Source: Eukaryota sp. GEM-RC1 (Eukaryota). Taken from it: 64,000 nucleotides of DNA. The notes beneath the pieces are model-generated. The model saw only the letters and a program-made list of their open reading frames with translations. It was not told the origin of the DNA and did not search any database. Positions 1 through 14,089 of the stretch are shown here, piece by piece. The position numbers and the translations under genes are program-made. Within the stretch, counting starts at the first letter, position 1; every line of letters starts with the position of its first letter. Location: positions 1,674,001 through 1,738,000 of the forward strand of contig JAUFOQ010000005.1 in NCBI GenBank assembly GCA_040285855.1, written 5' to 3'.

Positions 1-656
1 TTTGTTGCACTTGAAACAAGTACCTTCTTGTAACCGTGAAGAGCGTGTGTGAGTCCTACTACGTTTCACGTCACTGTTCGTACTTGGAATATCAGAGTCA
101 AGAGATTCATTTCGGGTGTCTCTCTTTGTCCATAAAGACACTCGGACAAGATCGACTAGTTCGTCGAAAAGGGTAGATACCAAAGAAGGCAAGTCTGTGA
201 TGAGAGAATCTTTAATCCTTGATATCAAGGACGAGCGTAAGCCTGAAGGGTAAACACCCTTCGCAAACCGGATAAGAAGAGAGAAGTCAGGTAAACCAAT
301 CCCGGAAGCCCTACTACGTACCTGTAGGAATTGCCTAAGGTAAGCGGACACACGTTCACCGGGGTTCCCTATACGGACATCCAGTTTCAGCTTATCAGCG
401 GCTGCTACGAATTCTTCATAACTGCTAAATGCAATTAGAGACTGAAGATGCTCCAGGAAGGCATCATCCGAAGCGTCGCACTCAGGGTTGCAAAGGACAA
501 GCGCCTCTAACAGGAAAGGATCTACGAGTAATCGAGCTGGTACTAAAACCTTTTGTCACAGACGGAACGATAAGTCTTCCATTGTTGAATGAAAGAACAG
601 ATCTCCTCTTCGTCTAGGGAAGACAGACTGGGTCGCGTGTGTAAACAGGACGACAT
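1..656 (-). CDS. gag: gag (partial, one frameshift near 545-555)
   Basis: MSSCLHTRPSLSSLDEEEICSFIQQWKTYRSVCDK, then a frameshift, then LVPARLLVDPFLLEALVLCNP...TCFKCNK, open to base 1. Confidence 0.7.
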
Positions 657-778
657 AGAAAGGCACAATAATTATTGTTGCTAAAACTAGAAGCAAGGGA
701 AAGAACTTTATGAATAAGAAAACCCATTCTATAAGACGATGACGATCCACGTCATCACTCGTCAACACTTTGACGACA
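1..778 (-). mobile_element. 5' end of an LTR retrotransposon (element A, probably Ty3/Gypsy): ~103-bp 5' LTR plus gag, running off the window
   Basis: Minus strand reads TGTCG...GCAACA (778-676), then ATAATTATT and an ATG at 656. The gag-like frame ends at the window edge in ...EGTCFKCNK, the start of a CCHC knuckle. It interrupts the repeated RLE module. The outer LTR edge is ambiguous because of 6-bp identity with the host sequence. Confidence 0.75.
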
Positions 779-2239
779 CAGTTTTCAAAAGACATCAAAG
801 AAACTTTCAGCAGCACTTCCAATATTACAAAGAATTGATATATCAAAAGGAATGAATTTAAAAGAAGAATACAAATCGGAATTCAGTTTCTTTATTGTGT
901 CAGAATCAGTACCAATCTTTCTAGTTTCATCTTTGGATATAATTATCGGATTCACTCGAAACTGAATTCAAATATCACACTTTTGCACAAGGATCAACAG
1001 TAGTAAAATCTATCACTGCTTGACAAGAATCAAGATATGGATCAATGAGATCACCTGGTCGAGGATTGGTAATATTATCATCACCCTAATGCTCAAAAGA
1101 GGTCCAATTTTCGCATCGTGGTCTCTTCCATTTGTATTCTCCATCGCTAGTTCCTTCATCTCCCCTCTTCCCTTGTCCACACTTCTAATTAGTATAGTAT
1201 AGTTTGCAATGTACTGTAGTCTCTTACAATCAGTCCTGGTCTCAATGTACGTGTCTTTATTTTCCTACTGTACTTCTGTTAAAGAAGTTCATATTCTCAA
1301 TCAATGTTTGCTGTTAGTTGTGTTCTAACTTATTCTGGGTCACGTACATGCTCTTCATTTGCCCCAACCTAGATATTCTTTAAGATTATTCCAAAAAAAG
1401 TTCTTCGATGTTTACATACTTTTCATCATTACAATTCGTCCTTTATTTTGTAGTTGCTGTTGTAGTTTCTTATGTATCAGTTTTTGTTCTTGTGATGGGA
1501 CAAATTTGTTATTTTAGTGTGTTCTTTTATGAAAATTCTCAGTAGTGTTGTTGATGACGTCATCACTATTTTGGTGGTACCATTCTTTTTCGGACGTTCC
1601 TTCACTAACAAAGTAACCAATCTTTTCTGATTTATTTCTGTTGTATTATCAGTTGAGTTGGATTTCAGTTTCTACCAAGGAAATCAGCTGAAGTCATGAA
1701 GCCTAGGAATGACTTCATTATGAGCCCAGCTCAGTTCATTATCAATCTGGGACCTGTTGAAATATATGACGGACATGTTTGTAGCCCAATGAATACTGGA
1801 ATGAGAATGAATAGAACAAACGAGTTTCTCAATTTGCACGATAAGTGTTGTTTGTTTTATAGAAGATAATAGTTATACCGCTAGTCGACAGTTAATAACA
1901 TCAATCTCTGATATTTGTATTTAAATGTATTGTAGATCATCAACACTAACACACTGGAAGAAAACGAGCGACTGACTGATGTCGTCATTTTTGCAATGTA
2001 CTAGTTACACATGATTCATACAGCAAAACAAACAGATCACCAAAATAGTTCCCCATCACCAATTGCTTGTTCATGGCGGCCAACTTATTAGCACTTCTGC
2101 ATGTTCTGGAATTGGCCCCATGTTTAGTTTCCGCTTAGTTGTGTTGTTAGTCTTTAATTTATTAATTCTGTCTTGGGAGTCGTTCAATTCAGTGTTGTGT
2201 AGTTCTTAATACGTTCTATTTGATGTACTCTGAACCAAT

Positions 2240-2720
2240 CTAGAATGTGGTTCTTGAAACAAACATGTTTACTGTCAAATCTTTCCCAACTTTGTTCTTC
2301 TGCTGCCTTCTACAGAGCAGATCTACAGTCTCTTTTGTTAAACGTAGACCGGACCGCAACAGTTTCTCAATTATAATTTCAGGAAGTCGAATTTGGAATA
2401 TAACAATGACTTGCAGTTTTATGACAAGTCTTCCTTTTATCTTCCACGTCTTTTGATGAAAGTGACAGAACTTTGGCAGATGCATTGAAAGTCAATAGTA
2501 CGAGGATTCATCTGTGTGACAACTCTATTTATGACGATGGTGTTACAGCCTTGACAGAACATTGAAAGTGAATACTTCTATTATATATATTTTTTATGCT
2601 TTAAGGTCAAAAACCATATCTAAAACAATTACAAAATTTGGTTTAGATAAAAACTCTATTGCCAATGAAGGTACTGGAGCCTTAACAGATGTTTTGAAAC
2701 TGAGTAATAATTTCGAAGTA
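2240..2720 (+). pseudogene. Decayed RNI-like LRR gene fragment (other copies ~10230-10700 +, ~18200-18415 -, ~34290-34780 -, ~42115-42590 +, ~45230-45713 +)
   Basis: Broken frame RTLADALKVNSTRIHL.DNSI.DDGVTALTE.LKVN...LDKNSIANEGTGALTDVLKL matches the repeat type of 56899-57477. Confidence 0.8.
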
Positions 2721-3819
2721 TTATAATGAAATAATAAAGGCAGACCCAAATTATTCATCAATTTTCCATTAGTTGATTGAACCCAACTTGTTGTGAATCT
2801 GTGAAACAATTAAATGTAGAAAATCCAGAACCAGCCAAATCACCGTACTAAATCAACTCGTAGTTTTAGTCCTGTTAGTAGTTTGTTGGCAGATTGAACG
2901 AGATTATCTGTTATGACATTTTGTTTATTATAGTCCTCATGGTCAACCACATTAGCATCTGGATTCTGACCATAATCTCCTCACTCCATTCCTTCTTTCT
3001 TCTACACTTCGGTTACAATGATGAGATATGAAAGAAGATGGCCTTCAGAGTTTTGTCAAACTTAATCCGAACGACCGAATCAGTAATCTTGAGCTTCACT
3101 CAGTGTTTTCTGAGAAACACACTAAATTTGTCAAATAAGAATTGCAGGTGCTGTCCAGCGGTATAACGATCAGCCTGTTTATTATGGCAAAATAAGAAGA
3201 TGAACCAAAATGTTACGTCACTAATACTAGTACTTGTATCATAATAGTTGATCACAATGTTAGACAATTCTGAAGATTGTACATGTATATGTTCATCAGG
3301 ATGATTACACGTTCGGATTTCATTTTTGGAGCAATTCGTTATGGAAAGCTGAAGAAAGAAGAAACTTATAAACCAATCAGCTCTACTTCTCATTCTTATG
3401 TGCTATATACACAAAAATACCTCCCAATATAAAACAGAGAAAGCATTTCACGGGTACTACAACAAAATTGACAATAGAACAAATTGAAATTTTCAAAACA
3501 ATTGTGGCTTAGAATCTCTATTAGTAAGGCTGTTACAGAGTTAGAATACGATCAGGTTAGGATACGTCCCCACTGAGGTCACGATAACTCCGACTAGGCC
3601 TGCTCACAGTCCATGTTCTGTAGTTCAAAGACATAAAGGGAATAATTTACGGATCTACAATCTTCCGGTAGTGAGACACTCACTGTTTGCGAATTTTCAA
3701 TGCTCAAGCACTTGTTTGTCTGAGTGCATATTTAGAATCCAGTTTTGGATGGAAAGATTTAAAAAGGTATTCGTTCACTTTTTTGAGTCCAAACATAACA
3801 AATCATTCAACAGTATTTA

Positions 3820-4990
3820 ATTCAACAATAAAACATAACAGTTGATCCACTGGAATTACAAGTCTGGTCAAGACATTTTGATTGAATACATAAAATTTGT
3901 TCCTTTGTTCACGACACAGTTTTCAAAAGACATCAAAGAAACTTTCAGCAGCACTTCCAATATTACAAAGAATTGATATATCAAAAGGAATGAATTTAAA
4001 AGAAGAATACAAATCGGAATTCAGTTTCTTTATTGTGTCAGAATCAGTACCAATCTTTCTAGTTTCATCTTTGGATATAATTATCGGATTCACTCAAAAC
4101 TGAATTCAAATAATACACTTTTGCACATGGATCAACAGTAGCAAAATCTTTCACTGCTTGACAAGAATCAAGATATGGATCAATGAGATCACCTCGTCGA
4201 GGATTGGTAATAATATCATCACCCTAATGCTCAAAAAGAGGTCCAATTTTCGCATTAAAACCGTGACATTTAAATATTTCATACGAAACGCCATACACTG
4301 CATTTTCTAGAATCGATCTAAACTGAAGAATTTTTTTTGCAACTAATAATGGGTTTGAAGTCAGCTGTTGGTCCTTATCACAGCAACACACATTCTTGTC
4401 TAACAATTCAGATGGAAACCGACATAGGTGAAGACGAAGGTTAAATTTCCAATCCTCATTATTGAGATGAAGACCATAAGGTCTAGGCTCAAAATAATGG
4501 ATGCTATTTAGATGAATTCTAAAGAATTGCATTGGGTAACAACTTTTGAAGTGTAATTGAACGACTGAATGCGAGTATCAGGAAACATAATTTCAGATTG
4601 CCAAATTTGACAGCGTAAGAGATACACTGTTTATACCATATCAAGAACACAACTATTGTCAACTATTCGTCAAGACAAATCTTGTCTTCGTTGTTGACCA
4701 AGTGTATAGCACATATTTCCGACAGTTGTTGTTGGTGTCATACAACCAATTTAATATCTGAAAGTTCTTGGCAACACTTTCACATACCACAATTTGTGTG
4801 GACTAGCTGCTAAGTGTGGTGCTTTTAAATGAACAACTCAAATTTAAATATCAGTCGTTCACTGGCTTGTCCGTTTTAAGTTCATTGATATAATTGTCGA
4901 ACTGTCAGTAGATTGGAGATTGATAATTTCATTTCGTTTTTATTTGTAATCACGCATGCCGTTTGAGTAGGATCTAACACATCAGAAGGT
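3820..4990 (-). mobile_element. Decayed 3' part of an RLE-type (CRE/R2-group) non-LTR retrotransposon (further copies ~779-1116, 12757-13930, 16630-17140, 21502-22052, 25230-26246 continuing 33055-33200, 40807-41428, 43685-44123)
   Basis: PYGLHLNNEDWKFNLRL...CCC...RSILENAV...FKCHGF.AKIGPL and RRGDLIDP...IDFTTVDPC. It is colinear with the better preserved RLE domain at 12010-12600. Confidence 0.75.
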
Positions 4991-4998
4991 CTTCTAAC

Positions 4999-5534
4999 CA
5001 GGGATTCCGAATACATAATTGTTGAGGTCAATAATTGCAATAATTTATTGTTGATCTTTCACAATAAAAACAATATTTTTTCTTCAACATCGTATATATT
5101 TCGATAGAAATCAGTGGTGCTTTCTTTTCTCTAGTTGAGCAACAAAATGCTACAACCCAGGAAAGCTCTTACTACTGTCCTAATTCTATTCCTTCTTGCT
5201 CTAACGAAGCTGAAAGACTTTTTTTCAAGAGCACGACGACTCATGGAGGACCGTCCTGCTCTTGTTTAAAATTCTCTCAATTTATCCTTACAATTGGTGC
5301 TTCACTACAAATGTGGAATGTAGAAACTGTGAGGGAAGTGATGAAAATAAGTAAATAGGTTATGTAGTGTTTGTTGTTGTAAATTGTTCTTTCTTGACAA
5401 ACACTGACCCAGAATGTGATAAGTCACTGATAACTGAAGTAAAAGAATTATTGTTCAATAATTGCAATAACTTATTGTTCCAAAATTTGAAGCGTCAATA
5501 CAATACAATACAATACAATAAAACGGAATCCCTG
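4999..5534. mobile_element. Non-autonomous hAT-type MITE
   Basis: 11-bp TIR CAGGGATTCCG/CGGAATCCCTG, 8-bp TSD CTTCTAAC, subterminal CAATA repeats. The empty site is at ~13928-13935. Confidence 0.9.
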
Positions 5535-5969
5535 CTTCTAACAACTGGTGAGTGGGTGTATATACCCTTCTTTGAACTACAGTTTAGTTTTTTCCGTTTT
5601 CTTATTTTATTATAAATGTAATAGATCAAACAACTAAAATTTGATATCATTAAAACAACACCCGCCGCTATCAATCCGTACAACAGTTTTGCCCTCATAA
5701 AAGGAACTCACTGCTAATAAAGCTTTGGAGATGATTAGGGGAATTGTTTTAATAACAGTAAAAACGATCCGATTCAACCATAACACATGATCAAAACGTT
5801 TGTTCATCCTACTTTTTACGATTTCTTCGAATTCGTTTAAAAATTCAATGCACAGTTTAGTAATAGTTAATACAAAAACATTGGTTTATTGAATATAAGA
5901 GAATCAAAGAAGTTTGAGAGACACACGTGAAACAAGTACAACTAAACAGAGCATAGATACTGAGGAATC

Positions 5970-8650
5970 TCCTCATTTCTTTCTTTGTGTCTTTTTTACG
6001 GCCAGCACAGGCAGCACGCCGAGAACGTACTGGTTCCTCAGGTTCGGGAAAATGAACATAAGGAGGGTCATGAGACTGAGGGAAGTTCAAAAACAGCACC
6101 TCCATCAGTAGGAATATCCTGTTGATCAACACTTGTGGGTGAATGAAGTGATTCTCCACTGAACTGCAACATAAAATCGGTAGTTTCTGGTCGTGCATCT
6201 GACACTACATAGTTTCGAGGTGCATAGTTAACAAGAATCATACATTTTCCACCAGCTTCAGTTCTATATAAATTATGCGAAGCTTTCTCAAGCGAATAAA
6301 ACTTGCTGTAGATATCTTCATAACTGGGTTGTTTCCGAGTACGAACTTCAACAGGAACATAACGATTGAACGAAATAGAAGGAACAAACAAATCAAAACG
6401 ACATTGAGGGTCTAATGGCAGAATAGCGACACCCAATTGACTTATACCGATGTTGGTAGCAGATTGATCATCAGGAGTGAAAGGAGATTCGGAGGAAGAA
6501 TGTTCACTTAGAACATATTTGTCATCTAAGGGATGGTAAATAGCAACAACATCAGTATTAGAAAAACTGAAAGAGCCATATCGAAGAGCAAAACAAGGAA
6601 ACAAGAAGTTCGGAGATTTGGCTTCATAATGATGTACTGAACATTTGTGAGATTCGCAATGAAACACAGTTTCATAAAGCTTCTGATTTTCATTATTAGG
6701 CAACTCGATATGATTCTTTTCCAAATCAATTTCACCAACACACACCCTGTAAAGAAAGGAAGAAATTGGTTGCTCTTTTCCTACCACTTCAAAAGAGGGA
6801 TGAATGAAATGGAAAACTGTAAAGATTTCATTGAGAAATGGAATAATTATCCTGTCCAAATGGCCACGAAACGAAGGTTCCACAATTATTGCAGAAAGAG
6901 TTTTAAAAACATTCGTTCTTTCAGCTTCCAAAAGATTATACATAGAATAGGAAACAGCATAAGCCGACAAGAGAGATTGTTGTAACTCAACATTAAAAGA
7001 AAACCGATCTCTTGCTACCCACTCAATCCACCCAAATTGAGATGATGAAGAAGATGATGGTTGATGATCAACGAGATCTCCATCAAATATAATGGAATTA
7101 ATTCTAGCAGAGCGTCGTTGAACAAACTCCACTGATCGAAGTTTGGACACATTTGATCCGAGAACTGATGACGCGACACAAATAGCGGCAATCTCGAGGT
7201 TTTGTATCGTTTTAACAGACTCGGGGAAAACCTTCATCCGAGCAATTTGCTCTATTTCAGAAAGAATATCATCAATGGCATCAGAACACTTGGATTCAGT
7301 GGAAGAACGCAAACGATTGACAAAGACACCAATAGGAAAGAACCACCCACGGAAAATCAACTCAAGGAAATTGACTGTCTTGGTGAGAAAGGCATCTTGG
7401 GAATCAACATCTGGAAACTTTTGTTGAATCGCAGTACGCAGTATGTCTTGTACCCAGGTTGGTTTCGGTAACACAGACTTGTACAAAAGAAAAACTCTGG
7501 TTTAGTCCTGTTGACAGAATCAAGAGAAGCAAGATTTACCTGTTGATGTGATGGCAAATGTTCAAGAACTTCTGAACCAGTATCAGCAAGGAAAGAACAA
7601 CGAAAAGACACAGGACAAGAAACAGCTCTAATACAACGAAAAAATCAGAAGAATTAATAATTTCGTTCACATTCCAATTCAAAACACTACACATCTCGTC
7701 AAGAACTACAATAAGTGAAGTTTTAGGGAAAGCTTGGAAAAATCTGGAGCTTGATCAGTTTTAATCAAAGCAAGGAATTTCTCAACAATTGAGAGTTGTC
7801 CTTCAGGGCTGGTAGAGAAATGAAACCACGACTTGGGGTCCATGTTTCTTTGCTCATTGAAGACCTCCACATGTGCAAACAAAAGCTGTAAAAAATAATC
7901 TGAATGGTCGTAATAAGTCCAACATTCTGTACACGTAAAGACATGAATTGACCACGCTCTATGAGCAATTTGAAGGCCTCACATGAAGGGGTGATTCCTG
8001 GAGTTCCTGCACCAAAGTTGAGGTAAAATCCATAATTGTTCTCAAGAGCGTCAGCAAGAGCAGCAGTTTTACCAGTACCTGATCCAGATACAACAAAGGC
8101 AATTCTACACCCAGCAACAGTTTTGTGGTCAAGAAAACTTTGAACAGTCTGAGCCATACCACTTTCATAGTCGATCTCCAAAAAGTTCTGTTTGGATTCT
8201 GCCTGTAAGAAAAGGGAGATGAAACAGTCTCCGAGCGTGATGAAGGTGGAAACACGCTGTAACTTTGGTCCTCAAATTGGGTACATAAACCAGAAGGTGG
8301 AAGAATCCTAGGGCGATCTAAGACATAGGTTTTGAAATCAGTAAAATGTACTGGTTCTCCAGGTACTGTGACAACATAGGTAACGTCTATAGGGACACCT
8401 TGAGAACGCGAATGTAATACAAACACAATACTATCTGTTTCCAAATGGACAGAGACCAATTCAAATACAGTGACATGTGAACCAAATAAGTTTATGAGGT
8501 CAGTTATGGATTTAGACGGATTGTCACCACAAACACCACAAAATGCCCATATAAGCAGCTACCTGACTCAGAACCCTCACAAATCCTGGAAGCAACGTCC
8601 CGGAGTGATTGAATGTCATCAGGTTTGAAATGGAAGCTGTGTGTGGCCAT
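5970..8650 (-). pseudogene. Copy 1 of the Crinkler-like P-loop NTPase gene (frameshifted)
   Basis: ORFs 7959-8459, 7765-8181 (SGSGTGKT) and 6068-7486 are colinear with 37979-40507. ATG at 8650. Breaks fall mainly in homopolymers. Confidence 0.85.
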
Positions 8651-11600
8651 TGAGAGGTAAAACCAACCACACTCTTACATCCTTATCTGCTTTTTTCGCT
8701 CCCCTGCAGTTTCACACCTACTAAAATTCCGTTATGTATTCACAGATTCATTCTTCTTTTTGTTGAGCAGTTTCTGGTCTGCTTGTGTGTTACACCCCTT
8801 GTGGGTTCAATTTGAGGTTTTCAGGCATTCTTTCGTATGATGTAGCAGACATTACCCTTTAAACCTTTTAAAGATTAACCAACCCATGTTCTGTATCCCC
8901 TCTTTATATCGCCCGTCTTCCAATAGTTTCCTTCGACTGATCTAAGTCAACTTCTCGCGTGGAACTCTTACTTTTTCTTGAAAAAAGACTTACGAGTTCA
9001 ACGAAACAATTCGATCAGTTCCTTGGTTTTCACATACAGGATTATAGGTTCCTGACGTACCGCTGGTTCGATTGGCAGTAAACGATGTGGTTTCTCCTGT
9101 ACATCTCCTGACATCGTGGTCTCTTCCATTTGTATTCTCCATCGCTAGTTCTTTCATCTTCCATCTTCCCTTGTCCACACTTCTAATTAGTATAGTATAG
9201 TTTGCAATGTACTGTAGTTTCTTACAATTAGTCCTGGTCTCAATGCACGTGTCTTTATTTTCCTACTGTACTTTCGTCAAAGAAGTTCATATTCTCAATC
9301 AATGTTTGCTGTTAGTTGTGTTCTAACTTATTCTGAGTCACGTACATGCTCTTCATTTGCCCCAACCAATATTCTTTAAGATTATTCCAAAGAAGTTCTT
9401 CGATGTTTACATACCTTTCATTATTACAATTCGTCCTTTATCTTGTAGTTGCTGTTGCAGTTTCTTATGTATCAGTTTTGTTCTTGGGATGGGACAAATT
9501 TGTTATTTTAGTGTGTTCTTTTAATTCTCAGTAGTGTTGTTGATGACGTCATCACTATTTTAGTGGTACCATTCTTTTTCGGACGTTCCTTCACTAACAA
9601 AGTAACCAATCTTTTCTAATTTTTTCTGTTGTATTATCAGTTGAGTTGGATTTCAGTTTCTACCAAGGAAATCAGCTGAAGTCATGAACCCTAGGAATGA
9701 CTTCATTATCAGCCCAGCTCAGTTCATTATCAATCTGGGACCTGCTGAAATATATGACGGACATGTTTGTAGCCCAATGAATACTGGAATGAGAATGAAT
9801 AGAACAAACGAGTTTCTCAATTTGCACGATAAGTGTTGTTTGTTTTATAGAAGATAATAGTTATACCGCTAGTCGACAGTTAATAACATCAATCTCTGAT
9901 ATTTGTATTTAAATGTATTGTGGATCATCAACACTTACACACTGGAAGAAAACGAGGACTGACTGATGTCGTCATTTTTTTGCAATGTTTTAGTTACACA
10001 TGATTCATACAGCAAAACAAACAGAGCACCAAAATAGTTCCCCATCACCAATTGTTTGTTCATGGCGGCCAACTTATTAGCACTTCTGCATGTTCTGGAA
10101 TTGGCCCCATGTTTAGTTTCCGCTTAGTTGTGTTGTTAGTCTTTAATTTATTAATTCTGTCTTGGGAGTCGTTCAATTCAGTGTTGTGTAGTTCGTAATA
10201 CGTTCTATTTGATGTACTCTGAATTAATGTGGTTTTGAAACAAACATGTTTACTGTCAAATCCTTCTCAACTTTGTTCTTCTGCTGCCTTCTACGGAGCA
10301 GATCTACAGTCTCTTTTTAAACGTAGACCGGACCCCAACAGTTTCTAAATTATAATTTCAGGAAGTCGAATTTGGGCTATCACAATGACTTGCAGTTTTA
10401 TGACAAGTCTTCCTTTTATCTTCCACGTCTTTAGATTAAAGTGCCAGAACTTTGGCAGATGCATTGAAAGTCAATAGTACAAGGATTCATCTGTATGACA
10501 ACTCTATTGAAGACGATGGTGATACAGCCTTGACAGAACATTGAAAGTGAATACTTCTATTATACATATTTTTATGCTTTAAGGTCAAAACCATATCTAA
10601 AACAATTACAAAATTTGGTTTAGACAAAAACTCTATTGTCAATGAAGGTACTGGTGCCTTAACAGATGTTTTGAAACTGAGTAATAATTTCGAAGTATTA
10701 TAATGAAATAATAAAGGCAGACCCAAATTATTCATCAATTTTCCATGAGTTGATTGAATCCAGCTTGTTGTGAATCTGTGAAACAATTAAATGTAGAAAA
10801 TCCAGAACCAGCCAAATCACCGTACTAAATCAACTCGTAGTTTTAGTCCTGTTAGTAGTTTGTTGGCAGATTGAACGAGATTATCTGTTATGACATTTTG
10901 TTTATTATAGTCCTCATGGTCAACCACACTAGCATCTGGATTCTGACCATAATCTCCTCACTCCATTCCTTCTTTCTTCTACACTTCGGTAACAATGATG
11001 AGATATGAAAGAAGATGGCCTTCAGAATTTTGTCAAACTTAACCGAACGACCGAATCAGTAATCTTGAGCTTCACTCAGTGTTTTCTGAGAAACACACTA
11101 AATTTGTCAAATAAGAATTGCAGGTGCTGTCCAGCGGTACAACGATAAGCCTGTTTATTATGGCAATATAAGAAGAAGAACCAAAATGTTACGTAACTAC
11201 TTGTATCATAGTAGTTGATCACAATGTTAGACAATTCTGAAGTTTGTAAATGTTCATCTGGATGATTACACGTTCGGATTTCATTTTTGGAGGAATTCGT
11301 TATGGAAAGCTGAAGTAAAGAAGAAGCTTATAAACCAATCAGCTCTACTTCTCATTCTTATGTGCTATATACACAAAAATACCTCCCAATATAAAACAGA
11401 GAAAGCATTTCACGCATACTACAACAAAATTGACAACATAATAAATTGAAATTTTCAAAACAAATGTGGCTTAGAATCTCTATTGGTAAGGCTGTTACAG
11501 AGTTGGAACAAGATCAGGTCAGGATACGTCCCCACTCAGGTCACGATAACTCCGACTACACAGTCCATGTTCTGTAGTTCAAAGACATATAGGGAATGAT

Positions 11601-11769
11601 TTACGCATCTACAATCTTCCGGTAGTGAGACACTCACTGTTTGCGAATTTTCAATGCTCAAGCACTTGTTTGTCTGAATGCATATTTAGAATCCAGTTTT
11701 GGATGGAAAGATATAAAAGGTATTCGTTCACTTTTTTGAGTCCAAACATAACAAATCATTCAACAGTAT

Positions 11770-12745
11770 AAAAACGGATTTATGTGCGGAGAAAAACACA
11801 TAATAAATAAGTACAAATAAATAAACACTATTAAAACAAATTATCAAACGAACTACCAAATTCCGAAAAGTAGTTGTCTCCAAACAACTTGGACAAAATG
11901 GAGTCAACGTATCTATACATAGACCTTAAAATCGAAAAAGCAAATTTACTCTTCCAGTACGATCTGTTAAACTTCTTACCAAATTCTGAACACATATTTT
12001 CAAATAAATTTAAAAACTCCTTGGTAGAAGAACCGAAATTTCCGTACAATGAAACTGCAAAGGCTGAAAGACGATATTATTGTGTCTTCGTGAATTCAAT
12101 GCAGCAACTTGATGTCCGTACTTAGACACTTTGGCGTTCTCAGCGTCTTTCAGCGGATCATTTGAAGTATTCAAAATGTTGGCAATAGCTGAAGCTTTGC
12201 AAGGATCAACGGTCGTAAAATCAACAACAATTTCTTGGCATGACAACCAAGGGCCAATAAAATCGCCACGTTTCTGAGTAGAATCAGGGTGTTCCGAAAG
12301 ATGAGAAAGTAATGGTTCGACTTTACCATGGAAACCATTCGCCTTAAACATTTCCAAACATGTATCTCGAAGACTGTTGTGCAAAATTGAACGACAATAT
12401 ATGAACTTTGAACAATTGACCAAATGATGAAAGCTAGCCTTTTGTTTGTTTTTACAGATACACGTGCTATTCTGTAACAAACCAAATGGCCAAAAACCTA
12501 AACGAAGTCTCATGTTAACAAGCCATTCATGATCTTTTAGATTGAAAGTAAATCTCCCTGGCAATTGAGTAATGAAAGTAGATGCTGAATCACTACTCAT
12601 GTCTTGTAAAATGCACAGAAAGCGGGACTTTTAACTTTAGCCAAGCTAATGCAGTTAGTATAGTCCAAGCTCTCATGGAAAGATACAAATTTCTTCTGAA
12701 ATTTTCTAACACCAAGAGGAAGGGAAAAAGTGTACGTTGAGGTGT
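11770..12745 (-). mobile_element. 5'-truncated RLE-type (CRE/R2-group) non-LTR retrotransposon insertion
   Basis: 11-bp TSD TTCAACAGTAT (11759-11769, 12746-12756), absent from sister copies (e.g. ~3806-3816). ORF 12010-12600 has CxC..H...C, LHNSLRD, RGD, VDFTTVDP and AENAKVSKY motifs of the zinc-knuckle/restriction-like endonuclease. Confidence 0.88.
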
Positions 12746-14089
12746 TTCAACAGTATTTAATTCAACAATAAAACATAACAGTTGATCCACTGGAATTACA
12801 AGTCAGGTCAAGACATCTTGATTGAAGACATAAAATTTTTTCCTTTGATCACGACACAGTTTTCAAAAGACATCAAAGAAACTTTCAGCAGCACTTCCAA
12901 TATTACAAAGAATTGATATATCAAAAGGAAGGAATTTAAAAGAAGAATACAAATCGGAATTCAGTTTCTTTATTGTGTCAGAATCAGTACCAATCTTTCT
13001 AGTTTCATCTTTGGATATAATTTTCGGATTCACTCGAAACTGAATTCAAATAATACACTTTTGCACATGGATCAACAGTAGTAAAATCTATCACTGCTTG
13101 ACAAGAATCAAGATATGGATCAATGAGATCACCTCGTCGAGGATTGGTAATAATATCATCACCCTAATGCTAAAAAGAGGTCCAATTTTCGCATTAAAAC
13201 CGTGACATTTAAATATTTCATACGAAACGCCATACACTGCATTTTCTAGAATCGATCTAAACTGAAAAATTTTTTGCAACTAATAATGGGTTTGAAGTCA
13301 GCTGTTGGTCCTTATCACAGCAACACACATTATTATCTAACAATTCAGATGGAAACCGACATCGGTGAAGACGAAGGTTAAATTTCCAATCCTCATTATT
13401 GAGATGAAGACCATAAGGTCTAGGCTCAAAATAATGGATGCTATTTAGATGAATTCTAAAGAATTGCATTGGGTAACAACTTTTGAAGTGTAATTGAACG
13501 ACTGAATGCGAGTATCAGGAAACATAATTTCAGATTGCCAAATTTCACAGCGTAAGAGATACACTGTTTATACTATATCAAGAACACAACTCTTGTCAAC
13601 TATTCGGCAAGACAAATCTTGTCTTTGTTGTTGACCAAATATATAGTACATATTTTGGACAGTTGTTGTTGGTGTCATACAACCAATTTAATATCTGAAA
13701 GTTCTTGGCAACACTTTCACATACCACAATTTGTGTGGACTAGCTGCTAAGTGGGGTGCTTTTAAATGAACAACTCAAATTGAATTATCAGTCGTTCACT
13801 GGCTTGTCCGTTTTAAGTTCATTGATATAATTGTCGAACTGTCAGTAGATTGGAGATTGTTAATTTCATTTCGTTTTTATTTGTTATCACGCATGCCGTT
13901 TGAGTAGGATCTAACACATCAGAATGTCTTCTAACAACTGGTGAGTGGGTTTACTTACACTTCTTTGAACTACAGGTTAGTAATAGTTAATACAAAAACA
14001 TTGGTTTATTGAATATAAGAGAATAAAAGAAGTTTGAGAGACACACGTGAAACAAGTACAACTAAACAGAACATAGATACTGGGAAATC

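Noticed and set aside
6526..7471. Short recurring ORFs overlapping the NTPase copies (112, 94, 89 and 71 aa)
   Set aside because: Antisense or off-frame shadows of the long gene, repeated only because the DNA is duplicated
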